Source: Aneurinibacillus sp. (GTDB lineage Bacteria > Bacillota > UBA5301 > DYFA01). Taken from it: a stretch of DNA of 64,000 bases. Where the stretch lies: contig DYFA01000008.1 in the NCBI GenBank assembly GCA_020725425.1, positions 27,993 through 91,992 on the forward strand, given 5' to 3'. Shown one piece after another: positions 1 through 10,961 of the stretch; the first letter of the stretch is position 1; each line of letters begins with the position of its first letter. Both the position numbers and the translations under genes were made by a program. The notes beneath the pieces are model-generated. The model did not search any database. It was not told the origin of the DNA and saw only the letters and a list, made by a program, of their open reading frames with translations.

Positions 1-1452
<1,452 letters not shown>

Positions 1453-1538
1453 CTATGGCACCACCAAGCCCTGGAAAAAATGAGGCGACAAAGCCAAATA
1501 CACCGGTGCTAATTCTGGGCCGAAGCCGCGTTTCCTTC

Positions 1539-1991
1539 TTATTGGTTCCCGGAACTTTTGCGAAGATAGCGCTCGGCCAGAATCACGGCCACGTAGTCGT
1601 CCACCGGGCGGTCCGGCGTACGCAGCGACGCAGGGAGCCACCGACTGAGGCCGCGCCCCGGGTGGGTGGACAGGTACCGGCGGCGGGCTTCCTGGGTCGA
1701 GAGGTGTTCGTCGACCGATACGAGGGAACAGGCCGGCCCCGGGAGGCCGGCGGCCTGAAGCGCCGCCCGGAAGGCCCTGGCACCGGTCCGGTCGCCGAGG
1801 ACGATGGCCGACAGGCCGTACTCTCTCTGCCACTGGCTCAGGCGCTCGACCACCTCTGTCGGGGGAACGATGAGTTGCGCCACCACCCGGCCGTCCGTCT
1901 GAACCAGGGCTATCCCGGCTTTGTCGCGTCCCGGGTCGACCGCAGCGATGTATCTGAGGGCACCTTCGTCCATGGGACGTTCCTTCTCCAT
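1539..1991 (-). CDS. YqgF/RuvX-like RNase H-fold putative pre-16S rRNA nuclease (alternative start at 1973)
   Basis: By-eye alignment to E. coli YqgF: VDPGRDKAGIALV~FDFGTKSIGVAV, AIVLGDRTG~IIVGLPLNMDG, VSVDEHLSTQEAR~KLHDERLSTVEAR, DDYVAVILAERYL~DSASAVIILESYF. About 145 aa. Confidence 0.55.
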   Translation of the reverse strand: MEKERPMDEGALRYIAAVDPGRDKAGIALVQTDGRVVAQLIVPPTEVVERLSQWQREYGLSAIVLGDRTGARAFRAALQAAGLPGPACSLVSVDEHLSTQEARRRYLSTHPGRGLSRWLPASLRTPDRPVDDYVAVILAERYLRKSSGNQ

Positions 1992-2042
1992 CCAACGCGC
2001 TTATCCTTTGCGACGACAACCGACCTGCCCAGGGGCGGGACC

Positions 2043-3038
2043 CTAGAACCGCAGGGACAGCTCCGCTGAGGCTTGGTGGCGCCCTTCCGCCGGAGAGGGG
2101 CGGGCACCGAAGTTGATCAGCGTGTAGCTGGCTCGCAGGGCGGCGTCTTCACTCAGGCGATAGTCGAGGCGCAGGGAGAGCCCGGCGTCGGTCCGCGTGC
2201 TGGCGAGCGAGCCACCCTGACGCTTCACTTCGTACCCGGCCTTGAGCAGGGTCCCGCCGTTCAGAGCGATCTGCCCCCCGACGCCCATGGTCTGCGGGGT
2301 CGAACTGACGGCGGCCCCGGCCAGGCGGTCCACGTCGACCAGCCGATAGTGGGCCAAGACGTCGACCCGCTCTGGAACCAGAGGGACCGTCGCCACCAGG
2401 TCCACCGCGGGTTTCGGATCTGCTGCCGCTTCCTCCGGGCGGGGCAGGGTCTCCCCGGGTGGGACCAACCTCCCCGCCAGGCGGATCCCTCCCACCTCCG
2501 CCAGGTACGCCGAGTCGGTTTGGTCCTCCTGAGCCGGAAGGCGCACCTCCGGGATGGAGAGGCGCGGCCAGAAAGCTTTTCCGGCTGGCTGGCCGACGAT
2601 CACCTCACCCTCTGGCTGTCTCCGGATGGGGCTCACCCGGTAACGCTCGGCCAGCTCCGCCACACGCGAGTAAAGGCTGGCGGCGGGCCGGACCAGCGTC
2701 AGCGTGTCGGAGAGGCGCAGGCGGGAAGAGGCAGGCCGCAAACCCGAAAGACCTGAAACAGCGGTCAACGCCACCGCCGATAGACCCCGGGTGGCTTCGG
2801 CTTCCGGGACAAGCGCGGTGCCTGGGCCGGCGTTCTGGAGCGCCAGGCGACCCAGGCTCTGCCGATCGCCGACCACGACTGGCCGGTCGACCAGCGCAGG
2901 AGCTGCCCGGAGGACCCCGGTGAAAGAAGCGTCGCCGGTGCGGGGGGAAAGAAGCGGGAGCGCAGCCGCCGCCGGCGCCGGCCGGACGGCCAGTGCCAGG
3001 AAGCTGGCAAGGATCATCGCCACGGCCTTGCCCCGCAT
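2043..3038 (-). CDS. Secreted protein with signal peptide and C-terminal Phe (...AELSLRF), candidate outer-membrane β-barrel protein
   Basis: N-terminal MRGKAVAMILASFLALAVRPAPAAA resembles a signal peptide. The C-terminal region has alternating hydrophobic residues and ends in F, as in OMP β-signals. No recognisable family. Confidence 0.45.
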   Translation of the reverse strand: MRGKAVAMILASFLALAVRPAPAAAALPLLSPRTGDASFTGVLRAAPALVDRPVVVGDRQSLGRLALQNAGPGTALVPEAEATRGLSAVALTAVSGLSGLRPASSRLRLSDTLTLVRPAASLYSRVAELAERYRVSPIRRQPEGEVIVGQPAGKAFWPRLSIPEVRLPAQEDQTDSAYLAEVGGIRLAGRLVPPGETLPRPEEAAADPKPAVDLVATVPLVPERVDVLAHYRLVDVDRLAGAAVSSTPQTMGVGGQIALNGGTLLKAGYEVKRQGGSLASTRTDAGLSLRLDYRLSEDAALRASYTLINFGARPSPAEGRHQASAELSLRF

Positions 3039-3067
3039 GCCCTTCTCCCCTTTCCCGATAAAATGGA

Positions 3068-3116
3068 GGCGGGAAGTCGCTTGAGTTCCCTGGTTCCCTC
3101 AAACGCCCTTCCCGCC
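3068..3116 (-). terminator. Hairpin (9-bp stem GGCGGGAAG / CTTCCCGCC, 31-nt loop) followed in minus-strand sense by CCATTTT; possible terminator or attenuator between the DUF3084 gene and the OMP-like gene
   Basis: Inverted repeat read directly from the sequence. The U-tract is short. Confidence 0.25.
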
Positions 3117-3308
3117 GGCAATGCCACTGGCCGCAGTGTAGGTGCTGGTGCGATCCCCGGTGCGAGTGTGCTGCGACTGAGCTGCGTCCCCTGGTGTCTG
3201 GCGTAGTGCGTCTGTGCGGTGTGTGCCAGTGACCGGTGCTTGCTGTTATGTTAACTTCACCGCCGATCCCGGATCTCCTGCCCGGGTCGGCCGGTAATGG
3301 CTGGCTGC

Positions 3309-4562
3309 TCAGGGACGGCTTTCCGGGCGGAGCTCCAGCCGGACCTGGAGCGGGCCCGCCGCCGACCAGGTGTCGTTCTGAGCCACCGCCTGGACGGTCA
3401 CGGTACCGGCATAGGTGCGGATCTTGTTGATCGTATCGGGAATCTCCGTCCAGTTGGTGGTTCGCCCCACCGTCCCCTCGGCGGTCGTCACCATCCCCTG
3501 CTGGATGGCCCGCTCGTTGACGTCGGAAAGCAAGGCCAGGATCTCGAGGAGCATCTGATCCGGTGAGAGAGCGGTGTCGATCCGGCGCGAGGCGATCACC
3601 TCGTCCTTCCGGAAGATGCGCTGGTTCCGGAAGAGCTGGAAGTAGACCGGGACGGGGTTGCCGACCAGGGTGTTGGTGTAGGAGATGGCCCGTACCACGA
3701 CCCGCTCGTCGGTTCCGGCGATCAGCTCCGCCGCCTGGTTGAAGTGCTCCGGCACCACCTGGAGCGCGGTCTGCTTCCCCTCGATCTTCGCTCCCCGCTT
3801 GCGGGCCGCCTCGTCGGCCGGCCCGTTCAGGAAGGCCAGGAGGTCCTTCTTGACCGCCTCGATCGGCCGCCCGCCCTGAATGACCGTGGAGAGCACGATC
3901 TCGTCCGCCCGGTAGGCCACGTTGCCGAAGAAGAGGTCGGTCCGGAGGTTGGAGATCTCCGCCTCGAGCTTGCCCTTCTCCCGAGTCAGGCTCTCCACCT
4001 GCTTGGTAAGGTCATCCACCGCTTTGGCCAGCGGCGCCGCCAATTCCTTCAGCCGGTCGACCCGGGCCTTCTCGAAGCCGTAGTCGCTGATCACCCGGGT
4101 GTACTCGCCCTGGATCTGCTCGAGCTGGTTTTTGACCTTCTTCAACGCTTCGTCCACCGCGCTGCGCTGATTCAACACCGCTTGGAACTGCTGGTTCAGA
4201 GTGTCGTACTCGGAGGTCCGGGTGGCGATCTCCATCTCCAGCTCGCGGGCGCGTCTCTGCTTCTCGGCGATCTCGGCGTCCTTCAGGCGGAGTTCCACCT
4301 GGTTGCGGGCGAGCGTCTCCTGGAGCTGCTTCATGGAGAAGAGGGCCGTCCGGACGTCGGCCGAGACGACGGCCATGACGGCCAGCGTGCTGCCGGCGAT
4401 CAGGATGCCGGTGATCACCGTGATCACAACCGAGGTGTGCCGGGGGCGCAAACCGAAGAGGGTGAGCCGTTTCCGCCCCACCTTCCGCCCGATCATGTCC
4501 CCCAGCCAGGCGATCAGCCCTCCGGTGACCACCAGCACCAGGATCAGGAATATCCCGTACAA
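3309..4562 (-). CDS. DUF3084-family membrane-anchored coiled-coil protein
   Basis: N-terminal TM (IFLILVLVVTGGLIAWLGDMIGRKVGRKRLTLFGLRPRHTSVVITVITGILIAGSTLAV) followed by a long coiled-coil matches the DUF3084 architecture found in cyanobacteria and Firmicutes. Confidence 0.55.
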   Translation of the reverse strand: MYGIFLILVLVVTGGLIAWLGDMIGRKVGRKRLTLFGLRPRHTSVVITVITGILIAGSTLAVMAVVSADVRTALFSMKQLQETLARNQVELRLKDAEIAEKQRRARELEMEIATRTSEYDTLNQQFQAVLNQRSAVDEALKKVKNQLEQIQGEYTRVISDYGFEKARVDRLKELAAPLAKAVDDLTKQVESLTREKGKLEAEISNLRTDLFFGNVAYRADEIVLSTVIQGGRPIEAVKKDLLAFLNGPADEAARKRGAKIEGKQTALQVVPEHFNQAAELIAGTDERVVVRAISYTNTLVGNPVPVYFQLFRNQRIFRKDEVIASRRIDTALSPDQMLLEILALLSDVNERAIQQGMVTTAEGTVGRTTNWTEIPDTINKIRTYAGTVTVQAVAQNDTWSAAGPLQVRLELRPESRP

Positions 4563-4590
4563 CCCCCTACCTCCTTCGCTTGGGCGAATC

Positions 4591-5742
4591 TCACTTCCGG
4601 GCCCGGATCACGAGGACCAGCCCCACCGCGGCCAGGAGCGCGTCGGGCCCGAAGGCCGCGATCGCCGGCGGGAGCGTCCCCCCCTGCCCCAGGGCGGTGA
4701 AGAGCGTCATCACCACGTAGTAAGCAAAGATGATGATCACCGCCAGCCCGAAGCCCACGGAGGTCGCCCGGCGGTGGTGCTGGATACCCAGCGGCACCCC
4801 TACCCAGGCGAAGATCAGGCTTACCAGGGGGGTGGCGAAGCGCAGGTAGTACTGGACCGAGAACTCCTTGAAGCGGTCATGGGCCGGCCCGAGCAGCGTC
4901 ATCTGCTGGCGGAGCTCGGCCATGGTCATCGTCTCGGGGCTCTTCTGAGCCCTCGGGATATCCTCCGGCCGCTCCTTGAGGGCCACCCGCTGCTTTCCAC
5001 CCCGGAAGGCCACCTCCGTCACCTGCCCCTTTCCCTGAGGCCCCGAAAACAGATACGTCTTCCCGTTTCGGAAGTACCACCCGTCGGTCTCCCAGACGAG
5101 GGCGTCGGCCGTGGTCTGGCGGAACGGTTCCCCGTCCCGCCACTCGAGCATGGCCACGTTGTGCATGGTAGCCGTCGCCCGGTCGAAGTCAGTGGCGTAG
5201 ATGAACCGGATCAGCCGATCCCCCTCGAAGTCCCGCAGCATCACGTTCTTGGTGACCCGGGGCAGCTCCCCTCCGTTGATCTCCTCAATCATCACCCGCT
5301 GCATCTCACTGTTGGCCCATGGTACCAGCCGCTCGTTCATCCCCAGAGTCACCGCGACCACCAGCGCCCCGATGACCAGGACCGGCGCCATCAGCCGGTA
5401 GAAGCTCACCCCACTGGCCCGCATCGCCACCAGCTCACAGGTCGAGGAGAGCCGGGAGAGCCCGAGGAGTGTCCCCAAGAGCACCGCCATCGGGAAGGTC
5501 CAGACCATGATCTGGGGCAGCTTCAGAAGGAGCAGACGCACGGCGGAGTCCACCGGTGCGCCTCCCGTCACCAGGCTGGCGAGGTTCACCAGTTCCCCGC
5601 CGACAAAAAGGGTGGTGAAGGCGGCCACGCCGTACAACAGCGGCCCCATCACCTGAAGGAAGATGTACCAGTCGAGCGTCCGCAGCGGCCTCCGAAGCCC
5701 TCGCGGCTGCCGCTCCGCGCTGCGCGGCTGCGCCGTCGTCAT
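4591..5742 (-). CDS. lptF: LPS export ABC permease, LptF/LptG (YjgP/YjgQ) family
   Basis: 383 aa, [17 protein letters not shown]..., with N- and C-terminal TM clusters and a central periplasmic domain. It overlaps the lptB stop by 4 nt. Confidence 0.85.
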   Translation of the reverse strand: MTTAQPRSAERQPRGLRRPLRTLDWYIFLQVMGPLLYGVAAFTTLFVGGELVNLASLVTGGAPVDSAVRLLLLKLPQIMVWTFPMAVLLGTLLGLSRLSSTCELVAMRASGVSFYRLMAPVLVIGALVVAVTLGMNERLVPWANSEMQRVMIEEINGGELPRVTKNVMLRDFEGDRLIRFIYATDFDRATATMHNVAMLEWRDGEPFRQTTADALVWETDGWYFRNGKTYLFSGPQGKGQVTEVAFRGGKQRVALKERPEDIPRAQKSPETMTMAELRQQMTLLGPAHDRFKEFSVQYYLRFATPLVSLIFAWVGVPLGIQHHRRATSVGFGLAVIIIFAYYVVMTLFTALGQGGTLPPAIAAFGPDALLAAVGLVLVIRARK

Positions 5743-6458
5743 AGTGAGAATTTCTCTCCCAGGTAGACCTGGCGGGCCCGGGGGTCGTTGGCGATCGCCT
5801 GGGCGTCCCCGTCCGCCAGGATCTGTCCCTGATGCAGGATGTAGGCCCGGTCGGTGATAGCCAGCGTCTCCCGGACGTTGTGGTCGGTGATCAGGACTCC
5901 CAGCCCCTTGGCCCGGAGGTAGGCGATGATCGCCTGGATGTCCGCCACGGCGATGGGGTCCACTCCGGTGAAGGGCTCGTCGAGCAGCAGGAAGGAAGGG
6001 GCGGTGGCCAGGGCCCGGGCGATCTCAGTGCGGCGCCGCTCGCCGCCGGAGAGCACCCCGCCCCTCACGCCCCGGACCTTCTCCAGGTTGAACTCAGCGA
6101 GGAGCTCCTCGAGGCGTCCCTTCCGCTCCGCGCCGGTCAGGGGCGTCACCTCGAGCACGGCGCGGAGGTTTTCCTCGACCGTGAGCTTGCGGAAAATCGA
6201 CGGTTCCTGGGCCAGGTAGCCGATCCCCAGCCGGGCTCTCCGGTACATCGGCAGGTGGGTGATGTCTCGGCCGTCGAGGGAGATATGGCCGCCCTCGGTC
6301 GGCTCGAGGCCGACGATCATGTAGAAGGTGGTGGTCTTCCCGGCGCCGTTCGGCCCGAGCAGGCCGACCACCTCGCCTGGCCCCACCGAGAGCGAGACCC
6401 GGTCCACCACCCGCCGCCGGCGGTACGTCTTCACCAGGTTTTCGGCCACCAGGGCCAC
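5739..6458 (-). CDS. lptB: LPS export ABC transporter ATP-binding protein
   Basis: [51 protein letters not shown]... [28 protein letters not shown] has the canonical LptB N-terminus and motifs. Confidence 0.9.
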   Translation of the reverse strand: MALVAENLVKTYRRRRVVDRVSLSVGPGEVVGLLGPNGAGKTTTFYMIVGLEPTEGGHISLDGRDITHLPMYRRARLGIGYLAQEPSIFRKLTVEENLRAVLEVTPLTGAERKGRLEELLAEFNLEKVRGVRGGVLSGGERRRTEIARALATAPSFLLLDEPFTGVDPIAVADIQAIIAYLRAKGLGVLITDHNVRETLAITDRAYILHQGQILADGDAQAIANDPRARQVYLGEKFSL

Positions 6459-6461
6459 GCT

Positions 6462-7061
6462 CTACTCCCCCTTCTCCCCGGCCTGCTCCACCGGGACGGT
6501 CACCCGGGAGCCTCCCTGAGCCTTGATCTTCGATCCGGCCAGGAAGAAGACGATCTCCTTGCCCCGCAACACGTTGCCGTCCGAGCGCACCTCAGGGTCC
6601 CCGCTCAGCACCACCTGCCGCTCCTTGCTGTCAAAGAACGCCGCGGCGGCGGTGGCGACGGCCTTGCCGGAGACGAGCCGCACCTCGCCCTGGGCCCGGG
6701 CCGTCCGGGCCTTCAGGTCGCAGGTCAACGTCCGGGCGGTCAGGACGAACCGGTCAGGCTCGGACTGCTCCAACCGGACTCCACCCTCCACCTTGACCTG
6801 CCCTGTCGCCTCGGCGTACTCCAACCGCTCACCGCTCAAGGTCAACCTGCCGCTGACCAGGGTAGCCGGCGCTCCGGACCCGCCGGTCACCACGCTGACC
6901 CGGCGGTTCACGTCGTATTCGACGGTCTCGCCGGAGAGTTCAACGGTCTCTCCGGCCGCCGCCCCCGGGCCGGCGGCCGCCGCCAGGGCCAGGAGGAGCA
7001 CCCCGAGCGGCGTCAACCAACGCCACTTCCTCATCCCTGCATCCCTCGCTGCCTCCTTCAT
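6462..7061 (-). CDS. lptA: LptA (OstA-N fold periplasmic LPS-bridge protein)
   Basis: Signal peptide, then repetitive β-jellyroll-like sequence (GETVELSGETVEYDV...GEVRLVSGKAV...VVLSGDPEV). It sits between lptC and lptB as in lptCAB operons. Confidence 0.7.
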   Translation of the reverse strand: MKEAARDAGMRKWRWLTPLGVLLLALAAAAGPGAAAGETVELSGETVEYDVNRRVSVVTGGSGAPATLVSGRLTLSGERLEYAEATGQVKVEGGVRLEQSEPDRFVLTARTLTCDLKARTARAQGEVRLVSGKAVATAAAAFFDSKERQVVLSGDPEVRSDGNVLRGKEIVFFLAGSKIKAQGGSRVTVPVEQAGEKGE

Positions 7062-7705
7062 CCCTGTCCCCCGGAGAAACGCACCCCGCCCGTGGCCCGG
7101 ACCCGCTTCAAGGCCAAGTCGCCCTGGATCTCCGGTGCCTGGAGCGTGGTCAAGCCGCGAGTGAAAGTCACCTGGCGGCCGGCGGCGCCCGTCGCCCGAA
7201 ACTCCTCCCGCCCTGCCTCCCAGCGCAGCGTCTCCGCCTTGAGGGAACCCCCGTTGCTGGCGGAGAGGGTCACCCCTCCATTGAAGACCAGCGCCTGGCT
7301 GCCGGACTCGAGCAGACCCTTCTCCGCTGTGAGGCGGGTGACCGTCCCGTCGGAGTTGTAATATGCCGCCTCAACACCGGTCAACCAAACCTCGCCGGTC
7401 CCGGTGGCCGATTCCGCCTGGGCCAGACTCAGTTCCCAGGCCACCCGGCCGGTAGAGGGGTCGATCACTCTCAGGCGCGTGGCCTGGAATTCGAAACCCG
7501 GCACTTTCGCTGTGGAGGAGCGGGAGGCGGGCCGGCGGTGGACTGGCCGCTGCTCCCGCCTCAGACCGGTCCGGACCAGGTTTCCCAGGACAGCCAGAAC
7601 CAGCGCCACGCCGAGAGCCACAAGCCAGGAGAGCGCCCGCCGCCCGGAAGGACCCACAACCTCACCCACTCGCCAGGATAGACGTTCGGCACCATTATAA
7701 CACAC
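7058..7705 (-). CDS. lptC: LptC-like membrane-anchored LPS transport protein
   Basis: Single N-terminal TM (LSWLVALGVALVLAVLGNLV) plus a ~150-aa β-rich periplasmic domain, immediately upstream of lptA-lptB. Confidence 0.55.
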   Translation of the reverse strand: MCYNGAERLSWRVGEVVGPSGRRALSWLVALGVALVLAVLGNLVRTGLRREQRPVHRRPASRSSTAKVPGFEFQATRLRVIDPSTGRVAWELSLAQAESATGTGEVWLTGVEAAYYNSDGTVTRLTAEKGLLESGSQALVFNGGVTLSASNGGSLKAETLRWEAGREEFRATGAAGRQVTFTRGLTTLQAPEIQGDLALKRVRATGGVRFSGGQG

Positions 7706-7779
7706 GCCTTCCGCCGCAGACCTAGCAAACTCTTCATCGCCTACAGGGGAAAACCTAAAGGAGGGCGAATGCAGAAGCC

Positions 7780-8697
7780 ATGAGCACCAAGCCCGTGCTG
7801 GAGGCCAGCGTCGTCATCCCCACCTACAACCGGCGCGAGTTTCTCCGGAAGTGCCTGCTTTCCCTCTTTGAGCAGACAGCCCCCGGGGACTCTTATGAGA
7901 TCGTGGTGGTGGACGACGGTTCGACTGACGGGACCGGCGACCTGGTGGCCGAGTTGTCCTCGCAGGCGCCTTGTCGCGTCTTTTGCCAGCACCAGCCGAA
8001 CTCAGGCCGGGCCCGGGCGCGCAACGCCGGTATTCGGGCCGCCCGCGGGCGGATCATCATTTTCCTCGACAGCGACATGGTGGTGGACGAGGGATTCATC
8101 GCCGCCCACCTGCGCTGCCAAAAGGAGCCGGGACGCATCGTCCACGGCCAGGTGATCAACACCCCGGACTTCTCCGACCCCCGCCTGGCCAAGCCGAAGT
8201 TGACCGACTACTCCCGGGCCTTCTTCGCCACGGGCAACGTCTCCGTCGAACGGGAGAAGCTCCTTGAAGCAGGACTCTTTTCTGAAGCGTTTACCGAGTA
8301 CGGCTGGGAGGACCTGGAGCTGGGAACCCGCCTGCGCCACCTGGGACTCGTGGCCGTCCGCTGCCCGGAGGCCCGGAGCTGGCACTACTTGCCCCGCTTG
8401 ACCTTTGCCCAGGTATCGTCGATTGTCCGGCGGGAGCGGGAGCGGGGCCACATGGCCGTCCTCTATTACCGGATGCACCCGGAGTGGCGGGTTAAGCTGG
8501 CCACCCTGCTCACCCCGGCGTTCTTCGCCTTGGACCGGTTGCTTTCCCTGGGACACTGGCCGGAGCGCCCCGCCACTCTGCGGCTCCTCGCCCGCCTCGA
8601 CCGGCCGGCGACCCATCTTCTCTTTCGGGCGCTGACCGCACTAGTGCGCAACCACGCTTACGCCGAGGGGTTGCGAGAAGGACTCGCCAGATACTAA
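7780..8697 (+). CDS. Family 2 glycosyltransferase
   Basis: VVIPTYNRREFLRKCLLSLFEQT...YEIVVVDDGSTDGT...IIFLDSDMVV shows the GT-A DxD signature. It is divergent from lptC. AAAGGAGGG lies upstream of the ATG at 7780 with a long spacer. Confidence 0.8.
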   Translation: MSTKPVLEASVVIPTYNRREFLRKCLLSLFEQTAPGDSYEIVVVDDGSTDGTGDLVAELSSQAPCRVFCQHQPNSGRARARNAGIRAARGRIIIFLDSDMVVDEGFIAAHLRCQKEPGRIVHGQVINTPDFSDPRLAKPKLTDYSRAFFATGNVSVEREKLLEAGLFSEAFTEYGWEDLELGTRLRHLGLVAVRCPEARSWHYLPRLTFAQVSSIVRRERERGHMAVLYYRMHPEWRVKLATLLTPAFFALDRLLSLGHWPERPATLRLLARLDRPATHLLFRALTALVRNHAYAEGLREGLARY

Positions 8698-8724
8698 GCC
8701 CCGGGCCGTCACCCCTCGACGAGT

Positions 8725-9516
8725 CTAAAGGCGTATCGCCTCAGCCAGCGCGATCAGGGGCGCGGTAGCCAGGGGCGTCATCGCTACCTTCCCCTTCCTG
8801 AGAAGCTTCGGGCCCTCTCCGGCAGCGCACTCCTCGACTTGCAGCGAGACCACCCTGGTCCGGTCCGGGCGGGGGCTGATCTCCAGGCTGATCCCGACGG
8901 AGCCGGCCTCCAGCGGCGTCCTGTGCTCCGCCCGGTCCGTCGGGTCCGGTCGGTCCGCCAGATCCAGACGGGCGAGCAGCCATGACCTGACTGTGACCCC
9001 TAAGCCGTCTGAGTCGGGCAGGACCATCCGAAGGAAGTCCAACAGGGCAGCCAGCCTCCGCTGCCCGTCCGCCTCATTCAGGACAACGTTGAACTGGACC
9101 CGGCTGACCATAGGTTTGGGGCCAGCGAGGCAGACGTCCGCGGCCAGCTCGTGGCAGTATCCGGTCACACTGAACCAACCTTTCCCCACCCGGTCTTCGA
9201 CCGGCTTCTTGAAAGCGAAGCCGCGCTCGCGGAGGGCCGCCTGGAGCGCCTCGCCCGTGACCCCCAGGCTGTTGGCCTTCCCGGCGTCCCGCGGAGGCTG
9301 AACGTCCGGGTGATACCACTCCGCCGGCAAGGCCGCAAACGTGTGGCCTGGGAAGACCATGGCGAGTTCCTGGGTCGCTCGCCGCGTCTTCGGCGTCCGC
9401 GACCGAACGTAGAGGGTGACGTGCCTCTCCTCGATCCTCAGGTGTTCCAGGTTGTGGGGGTCGAAGCGGCTGAAGACGCGGGCTACTTCGTCCGGGAACT
9501 GGCCATAACCATTTCT
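8725..9516 (-). CDS. Hypothetical protein (263 aa after start refinement to MRNGYGQFPDE...)
   Basis: The ORF-track start at 9669 was replaced by the ATG at 9514-9516, which is preceded by GGAGGG. No family recognised. Confidence 0.45.
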   Translation of the reverse strand, partial: RNGYGQFPDEVARVFSRFDPHNLEHLRIEERHVTLYVRSRTPKTRRATQELAMVFPGHTFAALPAEWYHPDVQPPRDAGKANSLGVTGEALQAALRERGFAFKKPVEDRVGKGWFSVTGYCHELAADVCLAGPKPMVSRVQFNVVLNEADGQRRLAALLDFLRMVLPDSDGLGVTVRSWLLARLDLADRPDPTDRAEHRTPLEAGSVGISLEISPRPDRTRVVSLQVEECAAGEGPKLLRKGKVAMTPLATAPLIALAEAIRL

Positions 9517-9545
9517 CATCGATAAACCCTCCGCCATCAAAAGAT

Positions 9546-9561
9546 TGTGACTTTTTTCACA
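9546..9561. promoter_or_regulatory. Perfect CRP/FNR-type palindrome TGTGA-N6-TCACA, 30 nt upstream of the 8725..9516 start, inside a ~200-bp AT-richer intergenic island
   Basis: TTGTGACTTTTTTCACAG read directly, followed by an A8 tract. This is the lowest-GC stretch in the window. Confidence 0.35.
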
Positions 9562-9724
9562 GACTGATTTGAAAAAAAAGCTCCGTTTATCTAACACTGT
9601 GCGCGCCGCCTGCCCGGTGGGTACCTGTGCGTTCCAGGCCACTTTTCCCGTGCAGTCATATTCTAGCACACTTTGTGAATGTTGTCACCATCCTGCTACA
9701 CTAGCTGCTCCCAGGTCGGGCCCC

Positions 9725-10933
9725 TCAAACGCTGCGGTGACGCACCTCCTCCCAAGCGGTAACGATGCCCTCCGCTATCCGGTCGGTGGCGCCCGGACCG
9801 CCCATCCGTTCCCGTCCCGCCGCGGCCCGGCAGGCGTATTCCGCGGGGTCGTTCAGGATGCGCCAGGCCGTTCCCGCCACTCGGCTGAAGTCGCGTTCTA
9901 CGAGTGCCACCGCCTCGCCTAACAGCTTCTTCTGGGCGGCAGCAAAGCGGGGAGTGAACTGTGCCCCCCGCCCGGGGAACGCCACCACCGGGCGGCCCAG
10001 CCCCGCCGCCTGCTCGTTGGCGGTTCCAGCGAGGCCCACCACCAAGTCGCTCGCCAGGACCACGTCACCGAACCGCCCGAGGACTAGGGTCAGGACGGGG
10101 CGAGGGCTGGAGGGCTGCGGCGCGTGGCCGTCCCGGCCGGGAAGGGGAGCCAGGTGGCTGGCCGCATTGAGGAGGACTGCTTCGCCGCCGGCAGTACAGA
10201 TGGCCTCAGCAGCCCGGTGGGGGTCCAGCGCCGGCGCCAGCGCCACGGGGAAGGCCATCGGCTGGGAGACCAACCCCACCAGGCGGGCGGCCACGGCGGT
10301 CAGGTCCTCCAGGTTGAGATAAGCTTCCTGGCGGCTGCCGGGGAGCAAGGCCACTACAAAAGCGGCCGGGCCCAGCAGGGGGCGGAGGTTGGCCCCGGAG
10401 ACGTCCAGGCAGTCCATCATGGCGTTGCCGACGTATTCGGCGGGCACCCCCTCGGAGCTTAGGTGGGTAGCGGTCAGGGCGTCACGGGGAAAGACCTTCA
10501 GGCACTCCCGCATCAGCGCCACTTCCACTGCGAAGTGCGGAGCGATGTAGTCGGACTTGGCGGTCGGCAGGAAGACGGTGGGGCGGCGCGCCTGCCGGCG
10601 GGCCAGGTAGAGCACGAGTATGTCCCCCACCGCCACCACCAGGTCCACTTCGCGGCCCAGGCGGCGCACCTCGGCTGCCTGACCCAGAAGGAGCGGAAGC
10701 AGCCCCGCCCGCAGGTCGGCGAGCAGGTTTGCCAGGGAGTTGCGGGTGAAGCCGCCGCTTGGCATCGCCCGGCGGGGACCGACCAGCGGGATGCCCGCCT
10801 TGGAGTACGGCTTCCCCTCGCCCACCACAGCCAGCGCTTTTACCTCAACCTCCGGCGCCGCCCGGCGGAGTTTGGCAGCCAGCGTGGCGCCAATCAAATC
10901 CTCGCCGTGGCCGTTGCTCAGAAAGAGAATCAC
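9725..10933 (-). CDS. Lipid-A-disaccharide synthase-related protein (LpxB-like GT19 paralogue)
   Basis: VILFLSNGHGEDLIGATLAAKLRR... resembles the LpxB N-terminus (AGEASGD). ...ALLPGSRQEAY... matches LPGSR of LpxB. The start was refined to the GTG at 10931-10933 (GGGGGAG 8 nt upstream), because the ORF-track start overlaps the upstream nucleotidyltransferase. Confidence 0.65.
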   Translation of the reverse strand: MILFLSNGHGEDLIGATLAAKLRRAAPEVEVKALAVVGEGKPYSKAGIPLVGPRRAMPSGGFTRNSLANLLADLRAGLLPLLLGQAAEVRRLGREVDLVVAVGDILVLYLARRQARRPTVFLPTAKSDYIAPHFAVEVALMRECLKVFPRDALTATHLSSEGVPAEYVGNAMMDCLDVSGANLRPLLGPAAFVVALLPGSRQEAYLNLEDLTAVAARLVGLVSQPMAFPVALAPALDPHRAAEAICTAGGEAVLLNAASHLAPLPGRDGHAPQPSSPRPVLTLVLGRFGDVVLASDLVVGLAGTANEQAAGLGRPVVAFPGRGAQFTPRFAAAQKKLLGEAVALVERDFSRVAGTAWRILNDPAEYACRAAAGRERMGGPGATDRIAEGIVTAWEEVRHRSV

Positions 10934-10961
10934 CGGACCCGCTCCCCCAAGGGCTCTCCTC

